The position numbers and the translations under genes are program-made. From Chiloscyllium plagiosum (Eukaryota), in NCBI RefSeq assembly GCF_004010195.1, contig NC_057711.1, positions 73,655,399 through 73,719,398 on the forward strand: a stretch of DNA of 64,000 nucleotides. The letters are read 5' to 3'. Below, in pieces: positions 38,155 through 49,913 of the stretch. Each line of letters begins with the position of its first letter. The first letter of the stretch is position 1. The notes under the pieces were generated by a model, which saw only the letters and a program-made list of their open reading frames with translations, searched no databases and was not told the origin of the DNA.

Positions 38155-38236
38155 AAATGGATCAAATTTAAAAGGGACTTTGAGAATTTTAAGACTTCAT
38201 GTATACCTTGGGAGATGAAAATAAAAGAAATTGAGA
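38155..38236 (+). CDS. TMC2: TMC2 exon 6 ([27 protein letters not shown])
   Basis: Acceptor aattttag, donor A|gtaagt; 82 nt, phase 0-1. Confidence 0.96.
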
Positions 38237-40289
38237 GTAAGTTTGTATCTGCACAATGAATATATTAGCAGCAACATTTAGTAGCATAATGTCTATAATT
38301 ACAAAGGTACCAATGTTATCTTAGGCACAAAGTTGTGTCCGCTACACATGAATATGTACGCACTGCAGGCCATGGTGGATGCCATTTTGATAATTCCATG
38401 TGCATACAGTCAATGCCATGGGCTACCAAGGTGAAACCTGAAATCATCATGACGTTAAGTGCTTACTCTGGCTTCTTCCCTTTGGCTTCAGCTATCTTGG
38501 AATACAAAATTTGGTGACCTTCTCAAGGAAATACTGGACAGTGAAGTGCGAAATATTGCTATGATCCTGCTAGAGACCATTGACATTTAAAGAGAAATCT
38601 AAACACCTCGTAATTATGGCAGAAGTACACAGATTTCATGTTCTTTTTAAAATAAAAACTAATTTTATTATATAATGGAAATAAACAAAGCAAGTCACCC
38701 TAACAACATGAGTTAAGCTATAAACTCAGTTCAATTTTATACTTCTCTCCAAGAACTTCCTTTATGCTGCAACAAACTTGAAGGTTCATTCATTTTTTTT
38801 AGGGACTGACCCATAATGAGTGGTATACTTTGCCAGAATTCATTCAAATTCTCCTCATTGTGTCAGCAATTCTCTGAGGTAATATTTTACAGAGATGCTT
38901 CTATTAATATTTTGGATATATGACCCTCAGATTTTTATACTCAAACAGCTCATAAATATTTTAACGATGCAGCTACCAGTGCAGATGTCAGTGGGTAGCT
39001 TCCCTGCCACCAATCTTTATTGATACTTTTAGACTAAGCTACTGATATTGTGTTGGGTAGGATACCCACACAATATCTTTGCTAGAACTTAATGCACAGT
39101 AACTGGATTGATTACATGTAGCTTAATAGTTAATTACATAGCATCTGAGATACCTGATAGTCTTTTGTAAGACACCAGGCTCAATTTAAATGTAAGTTCA
39201 CATTACTAGTTTAGTTACAGTGTAGTAGAATATCATTAAGTACTACTGATAAAGAGCCACATTATATTAAATACTTCCATCTTGCGCTCATCAGGACAAT
39301 TCACAAGAAATACCAATGTAAATGAAAAATAATGTTTATAGTGCATGAGAGGAGAGTGTGGTAGATTATCAAGTGGATTCTGATTTATAGAGATGTTGCC
39401 AAGGAGAATGCTCCAATTAATGACAACTGACAGTTAACTGTCAAACTTTATTTAAGCTTTCTACATATATGAAATGTATAAGCGATGGGCAATTAGTTGT
39501 CATTCCATTGAAGAGACATTTCTCATGAGACCCAATAAAAATGTTTGTGAGAGCTGGGCTGACTAGAGATCCCATGATATCTCCATCTACTTTGGCATTC
39601 ATGGTGACTCATCTGTGGGAGTTATTGAATCAATGAATACTGAATCACACAATGGTGGTAGCTTCGAACACCATGGTGCAGTGCAGCTTAAACCGAATGT
39701 CTATGGATTAGTACTATTGCAAACAAGTTATCAACATTAAATGAGCACATGGGCATTCATTGCTATCAGTGTACAAGTCGAGTGTGGACTTCACGAATAC
39801 AAGTTGTGAAGCCTCTTATGCACTTTGGTGAGAATAGCACTTAGCTCCTCCCAGGAACAGTTCTTTTGGATGGAGCTTATCTTGTGATGTCAGTAAACCC
39901 TTTCAGGTGCTAACCCTCTTAAATAACAATTACCTTCATTTTATCTGCTATGGTTTTTTTATATATCACTTCTTCCTCTGACTTCCCAGCTGTGTTCAAG
40001 GAACTCTGGAGCCTTGTCTGAAAACTTCGCTTACTCACTATATCTCCCTCCACTTGTAATACATTCCACTAAACTTATAACTTTAATTGTATCTTAGTTC
40101 ACTTTCCTAATTTATTTGATACTCCTGATCAGTTATACCTCCTCCTTTCCTTTTGTTGAGAAATGACCTGAGGTTATTTATTTTGCTAAAGATGCTAAGT
40201 AAGAGCAGCCTGTTGTTGAGCACTGAAAACTATTATTTGTTGTTCATTCACTTTGAAATTTTATGCATGTAAACAGATTGAATGCGTGA

Positions 40290-40514
<225 letters not shown>

Positions 40515-40659
40515 TAATTATGTCAACTTATTTGTAACTTAAAAGGTAACACTCACATCTTTTGTCAAATGAAATTAAATTCAGGAACATCCTTGAATTA
40601 TCCTCTCGGATTACACAATCAAATCACCAGATTATATTTTTAAAAAATGAATGGAGCTC

Positions 40660-41180
40660 CTCACTTCACATTTGATGAACATCCATGATCATCTAGCTCC
40701 ACCTCCACAACAATGCATGATTCCACACTGTCTCACTCAACTGTTGCTGCACCTGACATTCTTGCCTTTGTAGTCTGGACTTAATTACTTCAGTACACTC
40801 CTAGCTAGCATCCAGGTTATTTTTATCCTCTGTAACATTGAGCTCATTCAAACCTCTTCTGCCTTGAGACCTAACTCACACCTCATTCTGTCACTCATCA
40901 TATCTATGCTTATTGACCTACATTGAATTCAGTTAAGCAACAGCTTGATTTTAAGGTACACATATATACTTTTAAATCCCTCCATGATCTTTATGCCTCT
41001 GATTCTGGCTTTGGAGACATATCTGATTTTAATTATCCCAGTGATCTCACCCTCATCTGCAAAGTCTGAAATTCTAAAGACATTTCTTCACAAAATCTCT
41101 CCAATCGTTTTTACTCTTTTTTCCAATGGACTGCTCCTTAAAACTTTTCCCTTGAAACAAACTTTTGGTCATCAGCCTTA
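40660..41180 (+). mobile_element. L2 LINE 3' relic
   Basis: Degenerate L2 pattern (LAFV...RLDY-like, LIQTSSA, DLH*IQLSNSLILR resembling LHWLPV.QRIDFK). Confidence 0.55.
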
Positions 41181-41818
41181 ATACCTCCTTGAACTTGATT
41201 TAGGCCTCACCATTGGAGAGTTTGAAGGCTCATGAAATACAGATGTTGGTCTTCCTGCCCCCTCCATACCCTATTGTCCAATCATTCAGCAACTAGCCTG
41301 CCCTTTGGCTTATTGATACTCAGAGGTGATGCATGAATGGACATTTAATGGTCCCAGACCACCATCATCAAGCAGGAAACCTTCTGCTAGTGTAGTATCA
41401 GGGAACATGGCAGACCTCCCTATGACCCCTGAACCCATCATCAGAGACAATGACACCTCTAAATGTCATCCCCGACCTCTGTAATCTGTCTCCCATGCCC
41501 CTCATCCCCTCACTAAGACTGTGCACTTACAACATTGTGAGACAGCAGTTGGTGTCAAAACTAAACTAGTGGCCCTGGTATGTTTTCTCTATATATCATA
41601 AAACTCATAAGGTTCTGTCAAGTAATAGCACAGGTATCCTGCTAGGTACTTGACTGAATCAAATCCTTTATTGGAAAAGAGTCCCTGTTGCATTTTCTGA
41701 ACTTTCAATAAAATGTTACCTCCACAGAGCTGAACCCCCCAAATCTATCTACCTCTAAAAAAGATCCAAAATGTAAAATATGATAATAACATCTTATGCA
41801 CCTTTATTACAACTTTAG

Positions 41819-41917
41819 GTGTTGATGGGTCTACCATATGGCAGCATACCTCGAAAAACTGTGCCAAGGAAAGAACAGCCAACTGCTATGGATTTCTCAG
41901 TACTTTGGGAGTTTGGG
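41819..41917 (+). CDS. TMC2: TMC2 exon 8 ([33 protein letters not shown])
   Basis: Acceptor aactttag, donor GGG|gtgagc; 99 nt, phase 0-0. Confidence 0.96.
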
Positions 41918-42029
41918 GTGAGCCTGCAGATATGCTAATAAACTATCAATAACTTTGCACAATTATATCGTCCAATTGCTTGCCAACATTTTCAAAGGTT
42001 TTACCTCTACTATGTATATGGAATTTTTT

Positions 42030-42435
42030 TTTCCACAAATTGATACTGTTTGTGAAAGAAATAAGAAAACTTGAATTTATAAGTGTGTTTCAGGACAATT
42101 GATGGCTCGAAGTGCCTTACAGTCATTGAAGTGCACTTTTGGAGTGTATACACTGTTGCAATACATGGGAAATACATAGCCATTTTGCACATGAGAAGCT
42201 CACGCAAACAGAAATGTGATAATGACCAAAAAACTTGGTTGTGTAATATTGCTTGAGGGATAAATATGTGCCACATCCATGGAGATACATTTCCAGGTCT
42301 TCTTGAAAAGAGTGCCATGGGAACTTATAAATCCATATGAGAGGGGAGATGCTCACTTGGTTTAGTGTTTGATCTGAAAGATGTAACCTTTGACAGCACA
42401 GCCCTCCCTCAGTGCTGTATTGGAGTGTCACCTAG
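42030..42435 (-). mobile_element. DeuSINE-like (SacSINE1/AmnSINE1-related) relic
   Basis: Minus strand gacactccaatacagcactgagggagggctgtgctgtcaaaggttacatctttcagatcaaacactaaaccaag resembles the recalled Deu domain. Confidence 0.65.
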
Positions 42436-42988
42436 CATGGGCTTCACTGCTTTCTTGCAGAGTGACTCTGAAACAAACTTGATCACTCTTTGCCCCTGTG
42501 CTACTGATCTACTGCTTCTGACAAATTATGTCTCTGTTTGTCTCTCAAAGATGCTCTCAAGATTCAATAAATGCTTCTGTGGAAAAGCTCATAAATAAAC
42601 TCTAAAGCAAGAAAACTGCCCTGGAATCTGTCCCCACAGCAATGTAGCATTCCTGTGATACACTAGATTTAAAGTAGTTATCTTCAATTGTCAAGATTTT
42701 CCTTTGTTCTGAAAATCCATAAGCATAATTTAAACTCCTTATGGACAGATGTACACTTCCCATCTCCTTCAAGAATCTCAGAGAGGGATCATCCATTGCT
42801 TAGTATTTTCCCAATTCCATTTCTGGCCTTATTAAGCAAATAAATGTTGCCCTTTGAATTGCAATTACTTTAGGTCTGTTTATCAAGTTCTCAAAAGCTA
42901 TATTCGCTTATCATACAATTAAAAATTTCAATCCATAAACTAAATAATGGCCTGGAATCGGATGACCAGACAGCCATTATTCCAGCAT

Positions 42989-43205
42989 CATAAAACAAAG
43001 AGAAAGAAAAACAAAGAACTGCAGACACTGGAGATCTAAAAATAAAAACAGAAATTGCTGGAGAAACTCAACAAGTCTGGCAGCATCTGTGGGGAGTCTT
43101 CTTCAGACTCTTCAGAATGGATGAAGAGTCACTGGACTTGAAATGTTAATATAGATGCTGTCAGCCATGCTGAGTTGCTCCAGCAATTTCTGTTTTTGAG
43201 TTATA
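42989..43205. mobile_element. Hairpin (MITE-like) element made of inverted PLE family-2 ends
   Basis: Arms at about 43044-43090 and 43151-43197 are reverse complements; flanked by attccagcat (42979-42988 and 43206-43215); hammerhead remnant at 43120-43147. Confidence 0.7.
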
Positions 43206-43351
43206 ATTCCAGCATAGATAAGATAGAGAGGTTAGGTGCCGGCGCATTGCTGCAAGCGTGGAGCGGAGGAATGTTAATATAGATGCTGTCAGCCATGCTG
43301 AGTTGCTCCAGCAATTTCTGTTTTTGAGTTATAATTCCAGCATAGATAAGA
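43142..43351 (+). repeat. Perfect 82-bp direct duplication with a 46-bp spacer
   Basis: 43142-43223 is identical to 43270-43351. Confidence 0.95.
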
Positions 43352-45328
43352 GTTGCCATCATACCAGACTCTGAGGCCAAGAAATTGAAGATTCCACTAG
43401 GTAATTCCTCTTCACCTGGATCCTTCCAAAAGTCCAGAATTAAATCAGAGAATTTGGAGGGTTTCAGTGAGAGCAGGCAAATAGCTAGTCAGGAACAAGA
43501 TGGTCTGTTAAGTGCATGGTCTAACTCTTGAATTATCATTCAATTGACCTCATGCATAGTTCACATGCCCCAACTGCAAATACACTTCCCACACACCATG
43601 AGCCGCTGCCCTCACCCCTGAGAACTGTTACCCCACCATTGGAACAAGAGCTGCTCCCCTGGATTGGACATACCCCACTCTCAATTTATCCTGCTCACCA
43701 TGACCCTGCTGTAAACATTGCACCATTTACCGCGCTATGCTACCTTGCACCCTGGTACTCTACTCACTCTAGGCATCATTCTTCAGGTGCCCTACCCTGA
43801 CCCATCTGGCACTCATAGTGGCAGAACTAGAGAGACCATGGGAACTAGCATCATTGGTTTATTGTATAACTGGATTAAAGTAATTCTGACTAACACAATT
43901 GGGCATGCTGATAAGCTAACAAAAACATGATAAAAAAAAAGTATAAAGAGTCACATATCCTTCATTCTCCTACATTCTACTTAATATTATTCCAGTGTCA
44001 CAATTAGACATTTTACTGTCACCTCTGCAACAATGGTCTTCCATCCCAGACCCTGCTTAATATTATTCTAATGTCATGATTAGATATTTTACTGTCAAGG
44101 GTCTGAAGCAGGCTCTACTAACTACTGATTAGATATTTATTGTCAAGGGTCTCAAGCAGGCTGACTCTACTAACAATTAATTTAATATTTAACGTCATGT
44201 CCTAAATATTTATTGTCACAACCTGTCCCAACCTGCCATGATAATATTTAGCAGGTGAGGCTGACTTTAATAACTATTGGTATCTCAGCCTGCCATAGTG
44301 ACCTTTCAACCCTAACCTTATTCTGCTAATTGGTGTAGGAGCATTCCACTATTTGTATCCCATCCTGCCACAGTGACCTTTTGACTAGTGTAGTATTTCA
44401 CAAACCCCTTGCAACAGATCGTCAGTGGTCTTCATGCTTTAACCCTTCCCATGCTTTCATGCTCTTTATTTTCCATAAGTCCTGATCAGAAATTCCTCTC
44501 AGAAATGTGGAGCTCCCTCCTTGCATAAATAGAAGGGTGGTGTTTTCTTGGAAGATCCAACACTATATTTCTAAAATGTATGCATCATGATATTATACAG
44601 TCGCAATAGTATGAAAATGAATGCCCTGATATCAGCTTTAAAATGATCCATCACTATTTTTCATCTTTATTCAGTAATTGTATTCCCAGAATTTGGTTTA
44701 AAGTAATTATCCAGGTAACATTTATATATATTCATGTATATTTCTGTATATTTAATCTTGATATTCTTCACTGTCAAAAGCCCAAGTCTATCCAGGGTTC
44801 TTTATAATTCTGATCCTCTGATACTGAGAATTGTGTCTCTTTGGCTCCAGCACCATTGTCTTGGCCTTGTTTTTTCAATCTCAGATTTGGATCATTTTCA
44901 TTGTTACATTCTCTAACTTGTACACTTATGTAACCCAACATGCTATTCACTTTGTTAGCTGTTGAATTGTTTTGTTTGTAAACTCTCCTTAGCTCTGAGG
45001 CTTCTTTTGACATCATACTTAGTGATTTTACAGCCACTCATAGATTATATGCATCACCATCAAAGATGCAATTGATTCAACATTTGTTGCACCACATCCA
45101 AGGCGATAATGTTGCTTTAAATCTGTAAATCAAAAATGCTCACAGTACTCCAAAAGTGATCTTTCAAATGCAGCAAGAAGTCCTTATTCTTGTACTCCAA
45201 TCTCCTTGAATGTCTTCTCCTTTCTCTTCAACCCCTTTGCCATTTGCCTTTATAAACTAAACGCTAAATTTCTACACTTCTTGTATGAAAGTGCACAGGA
45301 CTCTTTGACCATTAACATTGAAATATTT

Positions 45329-45530
45329 GATGCGTGGGTTTCCTCCGGGTGCTCCGGTTTCCTCCCACAGTCCAAAGATGTGCAGGTGAGGTGAATTGGC
45401 CATGCTAAATTGCCCGTAGTGTTATGTAAGGGGTAAATGTAGGGGTATGGGTGTGTTGCGCTTCGGTGGGTTGGTGTGGACTTGTTGGACCGAAGGGCCT
45501 GGTTCCACACTGTAATGTAATGTAATGTAA
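45329..45530 (+). mobile_element. 5'-truncated HE1 SINE with (TGTAA)n tail
   Basis: tgcgtgggtttcctccgggtgctccgg...ttccacactgtaatgtaatgtaatgtaa. Confidence 0.9.
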
Positions 45531-46164
45531 TTTCATACCATCTCAAAAATACTTTTTCCTCTTTTCTATTCATGCTGTATGGGGTGTCACTTAGCTTAGA
45601 TGGCTGTTTTGTTATGCAGTGTGATGCCAACAACCACTGGCTGAGGTTACTATGAAGGATCTTCTCAATGTCTCCCCTTGCCTGGTCTGGCAAGACTCTG
45701 GCAAATTTCACCTTTATTTATTATATAAATTTTAATTATACTCCATCTACTACAGTGGCTTCCAATTACTTAACCTGTCAATCTTTCTTTGCAGCCTTGT
45801 TAAATTATTCTTACTGGTGATATTGGAACCTTATATAACTGAGGAAAACTTGGATACTCTCTTTAATTAATTTGTCAAACATGATTTCCATTTTGCTAAG
45901 TTATGCTGACAATGTCTGACTATACTATGATATTCTAAGTAAATTATTATTTCCTAATTACCTCATTAAAAACTGTGGCAGGAAACACACTGTTATGGCA
46001 GCCACAAATGAAACATCATTCAATCATTAATATGTGGATGATTGATAAAATATTCTGTACCAGATTATATGCATTATTTGCAGTAAGACCATGATAGAAC
46101 ATTACATTTTAAAGTATATGTATACAATGATTATTAAAAACATAAATGCTTCTGTATTTTGCAG

Positions 46165-46307
46165 GGATATATAAAATACTCAGCGCTTTTCTATGGATAT
46201 TACAATAATGAACGTATGATTGGCGTTTTCAAGTATAGGTTACCATTGTCTTATTTCATGGTTGGTGTGGGATCATTTGGATATAGTCTCATGGTTGTGA
46301 TCAGAAC
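46165..46307 (+). CDS. TMC2: TMC2 exon 9 (GYIKYSALFYGYYNNERMIGVFKYRLPLSYFMVGVGSFGYSLMVVIR)
   Basis: Acceptor attttgcag, donor AC|gtaagt; 143 nt, phase 0-2. Confidence 0.97.
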
Positions 46308-46579
46308 GTAAGTATTAAGTAAACGTTTGAAGGAATGTTTGAATAATTGCATAGATGTTATCAAATCCAACAAGGAATAGGCCAAATCAGTTATTTCAGA
46401 GAAAATAATTAATGAACAGTTTTAACCAAAAGTTTTAAGTTGCATAAACCACAGAGTTTGAAATATTTTTCAGTATTATCTGAAACCCGTGCAGTAGGTG
46501 CAAATTTCAAGTATTGATATATGTACAAAATATTCAATAACATAATTTCTGTTTAGTCAACAATTTTCATTCTGTATAG

Positions 46580-46727
46580 AATGGCAAGAAATGCAAGAGA
46601 AAGTGGAGTTGATGGAGATGATGGAGATTTCAATTTTAGTTGGAAAATGTTTACAAGTTGGGATTACCTCATTGGAAATCCTGAAACAGCTGATAACAAG
46701 TTTGCATCCATTACAACTAGCTTTAAG
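46580..46727 (+). CDS. TMC2: TMC2 exon 10 ([49 protein letters not shown])
   Basis: Acceptor ctgtatag, donor AAG|gtaagt; 148 nt, phase 2-0. Confidence 0.97.
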
Positions 46728-47422
46728 GTAAGTTTATAACTCTGGCAAATTAAATCATTATTATTTGTAATGATGATGACTTTTTAGTAAGATAATTTGA
46801 AAATTATCTTGATTTGAGTGAACCTCCTCTTCTGCTTACCTGGAAATGAAGGAAACCATTGCCTTTTCAGAAACGGGCTTTCTCCTTGAATCACAGTAGT
46901 CTTATAGCAATATTGCTCACATAATGGTGTGAGGTGGGTATTCCAGGATATTGATTCAACAGTCAGGCAGAAATGGCAGTACATATCCAATTCATGATGG
47001 TATGTGACTAAAAGGAGACAGTTCAACATTGGTGCTGTTGTGTATCTTGATGGTAGAGAGCACAGAGTATGAAGGTTCTGTGAAAGTCACCTTGGTGGGG
47101 GGGGGGGGGGGGGGGGTGGGGGAGGAGCAGGGTAATGGTTACAACATTGCATCCTGTACATAGGCTGCTACAGCTGATGGTGGAGAATATGAGAGCTTGA
47201 TTCCAGTGAAAAAACTGGTGGTTAAATAAACCCCTGTTTTTGGAAAGTATTCACTTCTTTGGTGTTGTAACTGTCCAAGAAAATGACATGAACATCACTG
47301 TCGGGCAACTACTTAAATAGTGTAAAGGCTTTTAGGGGCTTTAGGGTAAACCGCTTATTGTAGAGAACCTAGTCTCTGGCTTGATTTTGTAGCTATGATG
47401 TTAAAATGGCTGGTCCTTTTCA

Positions 47423-47513
47423 GTTGAGAGTGTGGTGCTGGAAAAGCACAGTGGGTCAGGCAGCAGCTGAGGAGCAGGAAAATCGACATTTCGAGCATAA
47501 GCCCTTCATCAGG
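47423..47513 (-). mobile_element. Solo PLE family-1 terminal fragment with hammerhead motif (47481-47513)
   Basis: Reverse complement cctgatgaagggcttatgctcgaaatgtcgatt...gtgcttttccagcaccacactctc. Confidence 0.7.
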
Positions 47514-47689
47514 TCCATTTCAGCTCCTGCTGATACCCATGATATTGATAATAGAGTCTTTGACAACAGTAGCAATGTCAATAGAGGTCACTAGATGATG
47601 CCATAAGAAATTTATCTTCCTATGTTTATACATAGGAATACTATGTTTATACATGTTTATAATATTGGGACATAGGCAGACTTCACACC

Positions 47690-48005
47690 TATTGTTAGAA
47701 AAGCTGAACTATCTTGAGAATGTAATTTAAAAGAAGTATTGGGATTTATAGATCAAAGAACATAAACCAGCATATCCAATTTTAAAATATGAAAGATTTA
47801 ATTTAAAATTGCTTCATGTATCACATCTCCGTGATACTGGACTCCTTTGGCTGTAAATTCTGTGATCAGGATCTTATTCTCCATAACCACCTGATGAAGG
47901 TGTGGCGCTCTGAAAGCTAGTGCTTCCAAATAAACCTATTGGACTATAACCTGTTGTGTGATTTTTAACTTTGTCCACCCCAGTTGAACACTGGCATCTC
48001 CAAGT
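47690..48005 (+). mobile_element. PLE family-3 terminal fragment with hammerhead motif (47888-47922)
   Basis: cacctgatgaaggtgtggcgctctgaaagctagtg; matches about 5450-5720 in reverse complement. Confidence 0.7.
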
Positions 48006-48664
48006 TATGTTTATATTAGTTGATTCTCGATGATCATGCTAGCGGAGTCACAAAGACATAGTGCAGTATTCAATCTGAGCAGGATTAGTGAAGGTAGGGT
48101 TCCTATCCAGTTTCAATGTGGGAATGATAGTGGTAGAAGGTAGATGGTGAAAGGGGAATATTAATTCATTTTGACAACTGATGTTTGCAACAACTTAAAG
48201 TAGCAACCTCACAAAGAATTTAAAAAGAAGGATTTTGGTGAAATAAAGTTGCAAACTTGATTGATGTATTATTTTTGCTCTGTTGTACCTCAGATATTAA
48301 TCAGCCCGACTCATGTATTGAATGTTTGTTCTTGAAAATGTCATCTTTATAATCTGCCATTGCTAAAGTGATATAAAAATGTGGTTGCTTACCATTCCTG
48401 GCAGAAATATATTAGTTTCTCAGAAATGGATTGAGATGTGACATTCTGCAAAATTGTCTAAAATTTGTTCCCCCACTCCAATACATCTCATTGCAGCTGT
48501 ATTAGACATTCCTTTCAAGCTGCAACAATAATTTTTAATCATGAAAGTACAAATTCAAGGGCAGAATGAATTTATTATGAAATTAAATGTCCTGTAATTT
48601 TCAATAATTTTCTGTACCTTTTCCAAATTATTGATTGCTCCATAATGAGAAAATTTGATAAAGA

Positions 48665-49913
48665 TGTCTCATGTCTCATGAACTTGAGTTGTTTGAAGAA
48701 GTAACAAAGAGGATTGATGAGGACAGAGTAATGGACGTTATCCAAATGAACTTGAGTAAGGCATTTAACAAGGTTCCTCATGGAAGACTGGCTAGCAAAG
48801 TTAAATCTCATGGAATATAGGGAGAACTAGCCAGTTGGATACAGATCTGGCTCGAAGGTAGAAGAAAGAGAATGGTGGTGGACGATTGCTTTTCAGACTG
48901 GAGGCCCGTGACCAGTGATGTGCCACAAGGATCGGTGCTGGGTCCACTGCCTTTCGTCATTTATATAAATGATTTGGATGTGAGCAAAGAAAGTCTAGTT
49001 AGTAAATTTGTAGATGACACTAAAATTGGAGGTGTAGTGGACAGCGAAGAAGGTTAACTCAGAGTATAATGGGATCTTGATCAGATGGGCCAACGGGCTG
49101 AGTGGCAGATCTCAGCGATACTGCATTTTGGAAAGGCAAATCTTAGCAGGACTTATACACTTAATGGGAAGGTCCTAGGGACTGTTGCTGAACAAAGAGA
49201 CCCTGGAGTCCAGGTTCTTAGTTCCTTGAAAGTGGAGTCGCAGGTAGATAAGATAGTGAAGAAGGCATTTGGTATGCTTTCCTTTATTAGCCAGAGCATT
49301 GAGTATAAGAATTGGGAGGTCATGTTGCAGCTGTACAGGACATTGGTTAGCCACTTGTGGAATATTGTGTGCAATTCTGGTCTCCTTCCTATTGGACAGA
49401 TATTCTGAAACTTGAAAGGGTTCATAAAAGATTTACAAGGAAGTTGCCAAAATTGGAGGATTTGAGCTATAGGGAAAGGCTGATTAGGCTGGGGCTGTTT
49501 TCCCTGGAACATTGGAGGCTGAGGGGTGACCTTACAGAGGTTTATAAAATCATGAAGAACACCAATAGGATAAATAGACAAAGTCTTTTCCCTATGATGG
49601 TGGCGTCCAGAACTTGAGGGCATAGGTTTAGGGTGAGAGGGGAAAAATTTAAAAGGGTCCTAAGAGCCAACTTTTTCACATAGAGGGTGGTGCATGTATG
49701 GAATGAGCTGCCAGAGGAAGTGGTGGAGGCTAGTAGGATTACAACATTTAAAAGGTAACTGGATGGGTATATGAATAGGCAGGGTTTAGAGGGATATAGG
49801 CTAAGTGCTAGCAAATGGGACGAGATTAGTTAAGGATATCTGGTCGGCATGGACAGGTTGGACTGAAGGGTCTGTTTCAGTGCTATGCATCTCTCTGACT
49901 CTATGACTCTATG
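48665..49913 (+). mobile_element. CR1 LINE, 5'-truncated
   Basis: TSDVPQGSVLGP, SKFVDDTK, LERVHKRFTR; tail tgactctatgactctatg. Confidence 0.93.

Noticed and set aside
43142..43351. Repeat-spacer-repeat as a CRISPR-like array
   Set aside because: Only two repeats of 82 bp derived from local retroelement sequence, in eukaryotic DNA with no cas genes.
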